This document shows, piece by piece, positions 1-14,630 of a stretch of 64,000 nucleotides of DNA. The position numbers and the translations under genes were made by a program. This DNA comes from Eledone cirrhosa (taxonomy: Eukaryota): NCBI GenBank assembly GCA_964016885.1, contig OZ024753.1, forward strand, positions 25,172,001 to 25,236,000, given 5' to 3'. The notes under the pieces were generated by a model. That model was not told the origin of the DNA. It worked only from the letters and a program-made list of their open reading frames with translations, and ran no database searches. Each line of letters starts with the position of its first letter. Position 1 is the first letter of the stretch.

Positions 1-3000
1 ATAACTCCAGCCAAGATATAGAAACAGGATAGTAATAACTCCAACCAAGATATAGAAACAGGATAGTAATAACTCCAGCCAAGATATAGAAACAGGATAG
101 TAATAACTCCAACCAAGACATAGAAACAGGATAGTAATAACTCCAACCAAGACATAGAAACAGGATAGTAATAACTCCAGCCAAGATATAGAAACATGAT
201 AGTAATAACTCCAACCAAGACATAGAAACAGGATAGTAATAACTCCAACCAAGATATAGAAACATGATAATAATAACTCCAACCAAAATATAGAAACATG
301 ATAGTAATAACTCCAAACAAGATATAGAAACATGACAGTAATAACTCCAACCAAGACATAGAAACATGATAGTAATAACTCCAGTCAAGATATAGAAACA
401 TGATAGTAATAACCCCAATCAAGTTATAGAAACATGATAGTAATAACTCCAACCAAGACATAGAAACATGATAGTAATAACTCCCGCCAAGATATAGAAA
501 CATGATAGTAATAACTCCAACCAAGACATAGAAACAGGATAGTAATAACTCCAACCAAGACATAGAAACAGGATAGTAATAACTCCAGACAAGACATAGA
601 AACATGATAGTAATAACTCCAGCCAAGACATAGAAACATGATAGTAATAATCCCGACAAGATATAGAAACATGATAGTAATAACTCCAGTCGAGACATAG
701 AAACATGATAGAAATAACTCCAGTCAAGATATAGAAACATGATAGTAATAACTCCAGTCAAGATATAGAAACATGATAGTAATAACTCCAATCAAGACAT
801 AGAAACATGATAGTAATAACTCCAGTCTAGATATAGAAACATGATAGTAATAACTCCAGTCAAGATATAGAAACATGATAGTAATAACTCCAACCAAGAC
901 ATAGAAACATGATAGTAATAACTCCAGTCAAGATATAGAAACATAATAGTAATAACTCCAATCAAGGTATAGAAACCTGATAGTAATAACTCCAGTCAAG
1001 ATATAGTAACATGATAGTAATATCTCCAGCCAAGATATAGAAACATGATAGTAATAACTCCAACCAAGACATAGAAACAGGATAGTAATAACTCCAACCA
1101 AGATATAGAAACAGAATAGTAATAACTCCAACCAAGATATAGAAACAGAATAGTAATAACTCCAACCAAAATATAGAAACATGATAGTAATAACTCCAAG
1201 CAAGATATAGAAACAGGATAGTAATAACTCCAACCAAGACATAGAAACATGATAGTAATAACTCCAACCGAGACATAGAAACAGGATAGTAATAACTCCA
1301 ACCAAGATATAGAAACAGAATAGTAATAACTCCAACCAAAATATAGAAACATGATAGTAATAACTCCAAGCAAGATATAGAAACAGGATAGTAATAACTC
1401 CAACCAAGACATAGAAACAGGATCGTAATAACTCCAACCAAAATATGGAAACATGATAGTAATAACTGCAATCAAGACATAGAAACAGGATAGTAATAAC
1501 TCCAACCAAGACATAGAAACAGGATAGTAATAACTCCAACCAAGACATAGAAACAGGATAGTAATAACTCCAACCAAGACATAGAAACAGGATAGTAATA
1601 ACTCCAGCCAAGATATAGAAACAGGATAGTAATAACTCCAACCAAGATATAGAAACAGGATAGTAATAACTCCAGCCAAGATATAGAAACAGGATAGTAA
1701 TAACTCCAACCAAGACATAGAAACAGGATAGTAATAACTCCAACCAAGACATAGAAACAGGATAGTAATAACTCCAGCCAAGATATAGAAACAGGATAGT
1801 AATAACTCCAACAAAGACATAGAAACAGGATAGTAATAACTCCAACCAAGATATAGAAACATGATAGTAATAACTCCAGCCAAGATATAGAAACAGGATA
1901 GTAATAACTCCAACCAAGACATAGAAACAGGATAGTAATAACTCGAACCAAGATATAGAAACATGATTGTAATAACTCCAACCAAGACATAGAAACAGGA
2001 TAGTAATAACTCCAACCAAGATATAGAAACATGATATTAATAACTCCAACCAAAATATAGAAACATGATAGTAATAACTCCAAACAAGATATAGAAACAT
2101 GACAGTAATAACTCCAACCAAGACATAGAAACATGATAGTAATAACTCCAGTCAAGATATAGAAACATGATAGTAATAACCCCAATCAAGTTATAGAAAC
2201 ATGATAGTAATAACTCCAACCAAGACATAGAAACATGATAGTAATAACTCCCGCCAAGATATAGAAACATGATAGTAATAACTCCAACCAAGACATAGAA
2301 ACAGGATAGTAATAACTCCAACCAAGACATAGAAACAGGATAGTAATAACTCCAGACAAGACATAGAAACATGATAGTAATAACTCCAGCCAAGACATAG
2401 AAACATGATAGTAATAATCCCGACAAGATATAGAAACATGATAGTAATAACTCCAGTCGAGACATAGAAACATGATAGAAATAACTCCAGTCAAGATATA
2501 GAAACATGATAGTAATAACTCCAATCAAGGTATAGAAACATGATAGTAATAACTCCAGTCAAGATATAGAAACATGATAGTAATAACTCCAACCAAGACA
2601 TAGAAACAGGATAGTAATAACTCCAACCAAGACATGGAAACAGGATAGTAATAACTCCAGACAAGACATAGAAACATGATAGTAATAACTCCAGCCAAGA
2701 CATAGAAACATGATAGTAATAATCCCGACAAGATATAGAAACATGATAGTAATAACTCCAGTCGAGACATAGAAACATGATAGAAATAACTCCAGTCAAG
2801 ATATAGAAACATAATAGTAATAACTCCAATCAAGGTATAGAAACATGATAGTAATAACTCCAGTCAAGATATAGAAACATGATAGTAATATCTCCAGCCA
2901 AGATATAGAAACATGATAGTAATAACTCCAACCAAGACATAGAAACATGATAGTAATAACTCCAACCGAGACATAGAAACAGGATAGTAATAACTCCAAC

Positions 3001-3899
3001 CAAGATATAGAAACAGAATAGTAATAACTCCAACCAAAATATAGAAACATGATAGTAATAACTCCAAGCAAGATATAGAAACAGGATAGTAATAACTCCA
3101 ACCAAGACATAGAAACAGGATCGTAATAACTCCAACCAAAATATGGAAACATGATAGTAATAACTGCAATCAAGACATAGAAACAGGATAGTAATAACTC
3201 CAACCAAGACATAGAAACAGGATAGTAATAACTCCAACCAAGACATAGAAACAGGATAGTAATAACTCCAACCAAGACATAGAAACAGGATAGTAATAAC
3301 TCCAGCCAAGATATAGAAACAGGATAGTAATAACTCCAACCAAGATATAGAAACAGGATAGTAATAACTCCAGCCAAGATATAGAAACAGGATAGTAATA
3401 ACTCCAACCAAGACATAGAAACAGGATAGTAATAACTCCAACCAAGACATAGAAACAGGATAGTAATAACTCCAGCCAAGATATAGAAACAGGATAGTAA
3501 TAACTCCAACCAAGACATAGAAACAGGATAGTAATAACTCCAACCAAGATATAGAAACATGATAGTAATAACTCCAACCAAGACATAGAAACAGGATAGT
3601 AATAACTCCAACCAAGATATAGAAACATGATAATAATAACTCCAACCAAAATATAGAAACATGATAGTAATAACTCCAAACAAGATATAGAAACATGACA
3701 GTAATAACTCCAACCAAGACATAGAAACATGATAGTAATAACTCCAGTCAAGATATAGAAACATGATAGTAATAACCCCAATCAAGTTATAGAAACATGA
3801 TAGTAATAACTCCAACCAAGACATAGAAACATGATAGTAATAACTCCCGCCAAGATATAGAAACATGATAGTAATAACTCCAACCAAGACATAGAAACA

Positions 3900-6800
3900 G
3901 GATAGTAATAACTCCAACCAAGACATAGAAACAGGATAGTAATAACTCCAGACAAGACATAGAAACATGATAGTAATAACTCCAGCCAAGACATAGAAAC
4001 ATGATAGTAATAATCCCGACAAGATATAGAAACATGATAGTAATAACTCCAGTCGAGACATAGAAACATGATAGAAATAACTCCAGTCAAGTTATAGAAA
4101 CATGATAGTAATAACTCCAGTCAAGATATAGAAACATGATAGTAATAACTCCAATCAAGACATAGAAACATGATAGTAATAACTCCAGCCAAGATATAGA
4201 AACATGATAGTAATAACTCCAGTCAAGATATAGAAACATGATAGTAATAACTCCAACCAAGACATAGAAACATGATAGTAATAACTCCAGTCAAGATATA
4301 GAAACATAATAGTAATAACTCCAATCAAGGTATAGAAACCTGATAGTAATAACTCCAGTCAAGATATAGTAACATGATAGTAATATCTCCAGCCAAGATA
4401 TAGAAACATGATAGTAATAACTCCAACCAAGACATAGAAACAGGATAGTAATAACTCCAGCCAAGATATAGAAACAGGATAGTAATAACTCCAACCAAGA
4501 CATAGAAACAGGATAGTAATAACTCCAACCAAGATATAGAAACATGATAGTAATAACTCCAGCCAAGATATAGAAACAGGATAGTAATAACTCCAACCAA
4601 GACATAGAAACAGGATAGTAATAACCCCAACCAAGATATAGAAACATGATAGTAATAACTCCAACCAAGATATGGAAACATGATAGTAATAACTCCAACC
4701 AAGACATAGAAACAGGATAGTAATAACTGCAGACAAGACATAGAAACAGGATAGTAATAACTCCAGACAAGACATAGAAACATGATAGTAATAACTCCAA
4801 CCAAGATATAGAAACATGATAGTAATAACTCCAACCAAGACATAGAAACAGGATAGTAATAACTCCAACCAAGACATAGAAACAGGATAGTAATAACTCC
4901 AGACAAGACATAGAAACAGGATAGTAATAACTCCAGACAAGACATAGAAACAGGATAGTAATAACTCCAGACAAGACATAGAAACATGATAGTAATAACT
5001 CCAACCAAGACATAGAAACAGGATAGTAATAACTCCAGACAAGACATAGAAACATGATAGTAATAACTCCAACCAAGACATAGAAACATGATAGTAATAA
5101 TCCCGACAAGATATAGAAACATGATAGTAATAACTCCAGTCAAGAGATAGAAACATGATAGTAATAACTCCAGTCGAGACATAGAAACATGATAGTAATA
5201 ACTCCAGTCAAGATATAGAAACATGATAGTAATAACTCCAGTCAAGATATAGAAACATGATAGTAATAACTCCAACCAAGACATAGAAACAGGATAGTAA
5301 TAACTCCAACCAAGACATAGAAACAGGATAGTAATAACTCCAGACAAGACATAGAAACATGATAGTAATAACTCCAGCCAAGACATAGAAACATGATAGT
5401 AATAATCCCGACAAGATATAGAAACATGATAGTAATAACTCCAGTCGAGACATAGAAACATGATAGAAATAACTCCAGTCAAGTTATAGAAACATGATAG
5501 TAATAACTCCAGACAAGACATAGAAACATGATAGTAATAACTCCAACCAAGACATAGAAACATGATAGTAATAATCCCGACAAGATATAGAAACATGATA
5601 GTAATAACTCCAGTCAAGAGATAGAAACATGATAGTAATAACTCCAGTCGAGACATAGAAACATGATAGTAATAACTCCAGTCAAGATATAGAAACATGA
5701 TAGTAATAACTCCAGTCAAGATATAGAAACATGATAGTAATAACTCCAACCAAGACATAGAAACAGGATAGTAATAACTCCAACCAAGACATAGAAACAG
5801 GATAGTAATAACTCCAGACAAGACATAGAAACATGATAGTAATAACTCCAGCCAAGACATAGAAACATGATAGTAATAATCCCGACAAGATATAGAAACA
5901 TGATAGTAATAACTCCAGTCGAGACATAGAAACATGATAGAAATAACTCCAGTCAAGTTATAGAAACATGATAGTAATAACTCCAGTCAAGATATAGAAA
6001 CATGATAGTAATAACTCCAATCAAGACATAGAAACATGATAGTAATAACTCCAGCCAAGATATAGAAACATGATAGTAATAACTCCAGTCAAGATATAGA
6101 AACATGATAGTAATAACTCCAACCAAGACATAGAAACATGATAGTAATAACTCCAGTCAAGATATAGAAACATAATAGTAATAACTCCAATCAAGGTATA
6201 GAAACCTGATAGTAATAACTCCAGTCAAGATATAGTAACATGATAGTAATATCTCCAGCCAAGATATAGAAACATGATAGTAATAACTCCAACCAAGACA
6301 TAGAAACAGGATAGTAATAACTCCAGCCAAGATATAGAAACAGGATAGTAATAACTCCAACCAAGACATAGAAACAGGATAGTAATAACTCCAACCAAGA
6401 TATAGAAACATGATAGTAATAACTCCAGCCAAGATATAGAAACAGGATAGTAATAACTCCAACCAAGACATAGAAACAGGATAGTAATAACCCCAACCAA
6501 GATATAGAAACATGATAGTAATAACTCCAACCAAGATATGGAAACATGATAGTAATAACTCCAACCAAGACATAGAAACAGGATAGTAATAACTGCAGAC
6601 AAGACATAGAAACAGGATAGTAATAACTCCAGACAAGACATAGAAACATGATAGTAATAACTCCAACCAAGATATAGAAACATGATAGTAATAACTCCAA
6701 CCAAGACATAGAAACAGGATAGTAATAACTCCAACCAAGACATAGAAACAGGATAGTAATAACTCCAGACAAGACATAGAAACAGGATAGTAATAACTCC

Positions 6801-7100
6801 AGACAAGACATAGAAACAGGATAGTAATAACTCCAGACAAGACATAGAAACATGATAGTAATAACTCCAACCAAGACATAGAAACAGGATAGTAATAACT
6901 CCAGACAAGACATAGAAACATGATAGTAATAACTCCAACCAAGACATAGAAACATGATAGTAATAATCCCGACAAGATATAGAAACATGATAGTAATAAC
7001 TCCAGTCAAGAGATAGAAACATGATAGTAATAACTCCAGTCGAGACATAGAAACATGATAGTAATAACTCCAGTCAAGATATAGAAACATGATAGTAATA
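3900..7100. repeat. Nested local duplications with 1,866-bp and 474-bp offsets
   Basis: ORFs 4291..5109 and 6157..6975 are identical (+1866), as are 5208..5453 and 5682..5927 (+474). 33-bp units at 4014/5880 and 5101/6967 (+1866), and 5101/5575 and 5406/5880 (+474). Boundaries are approximate. Confidence 0.8.
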
Positions 7101-10100
7101 ACTCCAGTCAAGATATAGAAACATGATAGTAATAACTCCAATCAAGACATAGAAACATGATAGTAATAACTCCAGTCTAGATATAGAAACATGATAGTAA
7201 TAACTCCAGTCAAGATATAGAAACATGATAGTAATAACTCCAACCAAGACATAGAAACATGATAGTAATAACTCCAGTCAAGATATAGAAACATAATAGT
7301 AATAACTCCAATCAAGGTATAGAAACATGATAGTAATAACTCCAGTCAAGATATAGAAACATGATAGTAATATCTCCAGCCAAGATATAGAAACATGATA
7401 GTAATAACTCCAACCAAGACATAGAAACATGATAGTAATAACTCCAACCGAGACATAGAAACAGGATAGTAATAACTCCAACCAAGATATAGAAACAGAA
7501 TAGTAATAACTCCAACCAAAATATAGAAACATGATAGTAATAACTCCAAGCAAGATATAGAAACAGGATAGTAATAACTCCAACCAAGACATAGAAACAG
7601 GATCGTAATAACTCCAACCAAAATATGGAAACATGATAGTAATAACTGCAATCAAGACATAGAAACAGGATAGTAATAACTCCAACCAAGACATAGAAAC
7701 AGGATAGTAATAACTCCAACCAAGACATAGAAACAGGATAGTAATAACTCCAACCAAGACATAGAAACAGGATAGTAATAACTCTAGCCAAGATATAGAA
7801 ACATGATAGTAATATCTCCAGCCAAGATATAGAAACATGATAGTAATAACTCCAACCAAGACATAGAAACAGGATAGTAATAACTCCAACCAAGATATAG
7901 AAACATGATAGTAAGAACTCCAACCAAGACATAGAAACAGGATAGTAATAACTCCAACCAAGATATAGAAACATGATAATAATAACTCCAACCAAAATAT
8001 AGAAACATGATAGTAATAACTCCAAACAAGATATAGAAACATGACAGTAATAACTCCAACCAAGACATAGAAACATGATAGTAATAACTCCAGTCAAGAT
8101 ATAGAAACATGATAGTAATAACCCCAATCAAGTTATAGAAACATGATAGTAATAACTCCAACCAAGACATAGAAACATGATAGTAATAACTCCAGCCAAG
8201 ATATAGAAACATGATAGTAATAACTCCAACCAAGACATAGAAACAGGATAGTAATAACTCCAACCAAGACATAGAAACAGGATAGTAATAACTCCAGACA
8301 AGACATAGAAACAGGATAGTAATAACTCCAGACAAGACATAGAAACATGATAGTTATAACTCCAACCAAGACATAGAAACATGATAATAATAACTCCAAC
8401 CAAAATATAGAAACATGATAGTAATAACTCCAAACAAGATATAGAAACATGACAGTAATAACTCCAACCAAGACATAGAAACATGATAGTAATAACTCCA
8501 GTCAAGATATCGAAACATGATAGTAATAACTCCAGTCAAGATATAGAAACATGATAGTAATAACTCCAGCCAAGACATAGAAACATGATAGTAATAACTC
8601 CAGTCAAGACATAGAAACATGATAGTAATAACTCCAGACAAGACATACAAACAAGATAGTAATAACTCCAGACAAGACATAGAAACATGATAGTAATAAC
8701 TCCAACCAAGATATAGAAACATGATAGTAATAACTCCAGTCAAGATATAAAAACATGATAGTAATAACTCCAAACAAGACATAGAAACATGATAGTAATA
8801 ACTCCAACCAAGACATAGAAACATGATAGTAATAACTCCAGTCAAGATATAGAAACATGATAGTAACAACTCCAGTCAAGATATAAAAACATGATAGTAA
8901 TAACTCCAAACAAGACATAGAAACATGATAGTAATAAATCCAACCAAAATATGGAAACATGATAGTAATAACTGCAATCAAGACATAGAAACAGGATAGT
9001 AATAACTCCAACCAAGACATAGAAACAGGATAGTAATAACTCCAACCAAGACATAGAAACAGGATAGGAATAACTCCAACCAAGACATAGAAACAGGATA
9101 GTAATAACTCCAGCCAAGATATAGAAACAGGATAGTAATAACTCCAACCAAGACATAGAAACAGGATAGTAATAACTCCAACCAAGATATAGAAACATGA
9201 TAGTAATAACTCCAGCCAAGATATAGAAACAGGATAGTAATAACTCCAACCAAGACATAGAAACAGGATAGTAATAACTCCAACCAAGATATAGAAACAT
9301 GATAGTAATAACTCCAACCAAGATATAGAAACATGATAGTAATAACTCCAACCAAGACATAGAAACAGGATAGTAATAACTCCAACCAAGACATAGAAAC
9401 AGGATAGTAATAACTGCAGACAAGACATAGAAACAGGATAGTAATAACTCCAGACAAGACATAGAAACATGATAGTAATAACTCCAGCCAAGACATAGAA
9501 ACATGATAGTAATAATCCCGACAAGATATAGAAACATGATAGTAATAACTCCAGTCGAGACATAGAAACATGATAGAAATAACTCCAGTCAAGTTATAGA
9601 AACATGATAGTAATAACTCCAGTCAAGATATAGAAACATGATAGTAATAACTCCAATCAAGACATAGAAACATGATAGTAATAACTCCAGCCAAGATATA
9701 GAAACATGATAGTAATAACTCCAGTCAAGATATAGAAACATGATAGTAATAACTCCAACCAAGACATAGAAACATGATAGTAATAACTCCAGTCAAGATA
9801 TAGAAACATAATAGTAATAACTCCAATCAAGGTATAGAAACCTGATAGTAATAACTCCAGTCAAGATATAGTAACATGATAGTAATATCTCCAGCCAAGA
9901 TATAGAAACATGATAGTAATAACTCCAACCAAGACATAGAAACAGGATAGTAATAACTCCAGCCAAGATATAGAAACAGGATAGTAATAACTCCAACCAA
10001 GACATAGAAACAGGATAGTAATAACTCCAACCAAGATATAGAAACATGATAGTAATAACTCCAGCCAAGATATAGAAACAGGATAGTAATAACTCCAACC

Positions 10101-13100
10101 AAGACATAGAAACAGGATAGTAATAACCCCAACCAAGATATAGAAACATGATAGTAATAACTCCAACCAAGATATGGAAACATGATAGTAATAACTCCAA
10201 CCAAGACATAGAAACAGGATAGTAATAACTGCAGACAAGACATAGAAACAGGATAGTAATAACTCCAGACAAGACATAGAAACATGATAGTAATAACTCC
10301 AACCAAGATATAGAAACATGATAGTAATAACTCCAACCAAGACATAGAAACAGGATAGTAATAACTCCAACCAAGACATAGAAACAGGATAGTAATAACT
10401 CCAGACAAGACATAGAAACAGGATAGTAATAACTCCAGACAAGACATAGAAACAGGATAGTAATAACTCCAGACAAGACATAGAAACATGATAGTAATAA
10501 CTCCAACCAAGACATAGAAACAGGATAGTAATAACTCCAGACAAGACATAGAAACATGATAGTAATAACTCCAACCAAGACATAGAAACATGATAGTAAT
10601 AATCCCGACAAGATATAGAAACATGATAGTAATAACTCCAGTCAAGAGATAGAAACATGATAGTAATAACTCCAGTCGAGACATAGAAACATGATAGTAA
10701 TAACTCCAGTCAAGATATAGAAACATGATAGTAATAACTCCAGTCAAGATATAGAAACATGATAGTAATAACTCCAATCAAGACATAGAAACATGATAGT
10801 AATAACTCCAGTCTAGATATAGAAACATGATAGTAATAACTCCAGTCAAGATATAGAAACATGATAGTAATAACTCCAACCAAGACATAGAAACATGATA
10901 GTAATAACTCCAGTCAAGATATAGAAACATAATAGTAATAACTCCAATCAAGGTATAGAAACATGATAGTAATAACTCCAGTCAAGATATAGAAACATGA
11001 TAGTAATATCTCCAGCCAAGATATAGAAACATGATAGTAATAACTCCAACCAAGACATAGAAACATGATAGTAATAACTCCAACCGAGACATAGAAACAG
11101 GATAGTAATAACTCCAACCAAGATATAGAAACAGAATAGTAATAACTCCAACCAAAATATAGAAACATGATAGTAATAACTCCAAGCAAGATATAGAAAC
11201 AGGATAGTAATAACTCCAACCAAGACATAGAAACAGGATCGTAATAACTCCAACCAAAATATGGAAACATGATAGTAATAACTGCAATCAAGACATAGAA
11301 ACAGGATAGTAATAACTCCAACCAAGACATAGAAACAGGATAGTAATAACTCCAACCAAGACATAGAAACAGGATAGTAATAACTCCAACCAAGACATAG
11401 AAACAGGATAGTAATAACTCCAGCCAAGATATAGAAACATGATAGTAATATCTCCAGCCAAGATATAGAAACATGATAGTAATAACTCCAACCAAGACAT
11501 AGAAACAGGATAGTAATAACTCCAACCAAGATATAGAAACATGATAGTAAGAACTCCAACCAAGACATAGAAACAGGATAGTAATAACTCCAACCAAGAT
11601 ATAGAAACATGATAATAATAACTCCAACCAAAATATAGAAACATGATAGTAATAACTCCAAACAAGATATAGAAACATGACAGTAATAACTCCAACCAAG
11701 ACATAGAAACATGATAGTAATAACTCCAGTCAAGATATAGAAACATGATAGTAATAACCCCAATCAAGTTATAGAAACATGATAGTAATAACTCCAACCA
11801 AGACATAGAAACATGATAGTAATAACTCCAGCCAAGATATAGAAACATGATAGTAATAACTCCAACCAAGACATAGAAACAGGATAGTAATAACTCCAAC
11901 CAAGACATAGAAACAGGATAGTAATAACTCCAGACAAGACATAGAAACAGGATAGTAATAACTCCAGACAAGACATAGAAACATGATAGTTATAACTCCA
12001 ACCAAGACATAGAAACATGATAATAATAACTCCAACCAAAATATAGAAACATGATAGTAATAACTCCAAACAAGATATAGAAACATGACAGTAATAACTC
12101 CAACCAAGACATAGAAACATGATAGTAATAACTCCAGTCAAGATATCGAAACATGATAGTAATAACTCCAGTCAAGATATAGAAACATGATAGTAATAAC
12201 TCCAGCCAAGACATAGAAACATGATAGTAATAACTCCAGTCAAGACATAGAAACATGATAGTAATAACTCCAGACAAGACATACAAACAAGATAGTAATA
12301 ACTCCAGACAAGACATAGAAACATGATAGTAATAACTCCAACCAAGATATAGAAACATGATAGTAATAACTCCAGTCAAGATATAAAAACATGATAGTAA
12401 TAACTCCAAACAAGACATAGAAACATGATAGTAATAACTCCAACCAAGACATAGAAACATGATAGTAATAACTCCAGTCAAGATATAGAAACATGATAGT
12501 AACAACTCCAGTCAAGATATAAAAACATGATAGTAATAACTCCAAACAAGACATAGAAACATGATAGTAATAAATCCAACCAAAATATGGAAACATGATA
12601 GTAATAACTGCAATCAAGACATAGAAACAGGATAGTAATAACTCCAACCAAGACATAGAAACAGGATAGTAATAACTCCAACCAAGACATAGAAACAGGA
12701 TAGGAATAACTCCAACCAAGACATAGAAACAGGATAGTAATAACTCCAGCCAAGATATAGAAACAGGATAGTAATAACTCCAACCAAGACATAGAAACAG
12801 GATAGTAATAACTCCAACCAAGATATAGAAACATGATAGTAATAACTCCAGCCAAGATATAGAAACAGGATAGTAATAACTCCAACCAAGACATAGAAAC
12901 AGGATAGTAATAACTCCAACCAAGATATAGAAACATGATAGTAATAACTCCAACCAAGATATAGAAACATGATAGTAATAACTCCAACCAAGACATAGAA
13001 ACAGGATAGTAATAACTCCAACCAAGACATAGAAACAGGATAGTAATAACTGCAGACAAGACATAGAAACAGGATAGTAATAACTCCAGACAAGACATAG

Positions 13101-13122
13101 AAACATGATAGTAATAACTCCA
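5785..13122. repeat. Tandem duplication with 3,636-bp period (107 monomers, two of them 33 bp)
   Basis: Rare markers and ORF-track entries recur at +3636: 33-bp units 5880/9516 and 6967/10603; 'catacaaacaag' ~8644/12280; ORFs 6157/9793, 7278/10914, 8354/11990. One difference noticed: 'actctagcc' ~7785 vs 'actccagcc' ~11421. Confidence 0.9.
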
Positions 13123-13729
13123 ACCAAGATATAGAAACATGATAGTAATAACTCCAACCAAGACATAGAAACAGGATAGTAATAACTCCAACCAAGACAT
13201 AGAAACAGGATAGTAATAACTCCAGACAAGACATAGAAACAGGATAGTAATAACTCCAGACAAGACATAGAAACAGGATAGTAATAACTCCAGACAAGAC
13301 ATAGAAACATGATAGTAATAACTCCAACCAAGACATAGAAACAGGATAGTAATAACTCCAGACAAGACATAGAAACATGATAGTAATAACTCCAACCAAG
13401 ACATAGAAACATGATAGTAATAATCCCGACAAGATATAGAAACATGATAGTAATAACTCCAGTCAAGAGATAGAAACATGATAGTAATAACTCCAGTCGA
13501 GACATAGAAACATGATAGTAATAACTCCAGTCAAGATATAGAAACATGATAGTAATAACTCCAGTCAAGATATAGAAACATGATAGTAATAACTCCAATC
13601 AAGACATAGAAACATGATAGTAATAACTCCAGTCTAGATATAGAAACATGATAGTAATAACTCCAGTCAAGATATAGAAACATGATAGTAATAACTCCAA
13701 CCAAGACATAGAAACATGATAGTAATAAC

Positions 13730-14630
13730 TCCAGTCAAGATATAGAAACATAAAAGTAATAACTCCAATCAAGGTATAGAAACATGATAGTAATAACTCC
13801 AGACAAGACATAGAAACATGATAGTAATAACTCCAGTCAAGATATAAAAACATGATAGTAATAACTCCAAACAAGACATAGAAACATGATAGTAATAACT
13901 CCAGTGAAGATATAGAAACATGATAGTAATAACTCCAGACAAGATATAGAAACAGGATAGTAATAACCCCAATAAAAGACATAGAAACATGATAGGAATA
14001 ACTCCAGCCAAGACATAGAAACATGATAGTAATAACTCCAGTCAAGACATAGAAACATGATAGTAATAACTCCAGACAAGACATAGAAACATGATAGTAA
14101 TAACTCCAGACAAGACATAGAAACATGATAGTAATAACTCCAACCAAGATATAGAAACATGATAGTAATAACTCCAGTCAAGATATAAAAACATGATAGT
14201 AATAACTCCAAACAAGACATAGAAACATGATAGTAATAACTCCAACCAAGACATAGAAACATGATAGTAATAACTCCAGTCAAGATATAGAAACATGATA
14301 GTAATAACTCCAGTCAAGATATAAAAACATGATAGTAATAACTCCAAACAAGACATAGAAACATGATAGTAATAACTCCAGTGAAGATATAGAAACATGA
14401 TAGTAATAACTCCAGACAAGATATAGAAACAGGATAGTAATAACCCCAATCAAGATATAGAAACATGATAGTAATAACTCCAGTCAAGATATAGAAACAT
14501 GATAGTAATAACCCCAATCAAGATATAGAAACAGGATAGTAATAACTCTAGTCAAGATATAGAAACATGATAGTAATAACTCCAATCAAGGCATAGAAAC
14601 ATTATAGTAATAACTCCAGTCAAGAGATAG
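13730..14630. repeat. Divergent monomer block, copy 1 of 3, containing the 35-bp insertion monomer
   Basis: Private markers 'cataaaagt', 'cagtgaag' (twice), 'ccccaataaaagac' (13967), 'actctagtc', 'aaggcatag' and 'cattatag'. The same block lies at +16717 and +23141. Confidence 0.85.

Noticed and set aside
1-34. Array of 34-bp recombinase sites (loxP/FRT-like)
   Set aside because: loxP and FRT have 13-bp inverted arms around an 8-bp spacer. This monomer has no such dyad symmetry.
5406-5575. 5 x 34 = 170 bp nucleosome-sized or alpha-satellite-like period
   Set aside because: Only a single 5-monomer spacing was seen, and no general 5-mer periodicity of variants is visible.
13971-13976. AATAAA polyadenylation-like hexamers (also 30688, 37112, and ~8933 and its copies)
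   Set aside because: They are one or two changes from the A-rich consensus, with no associated gene or downstream GU-rich element.
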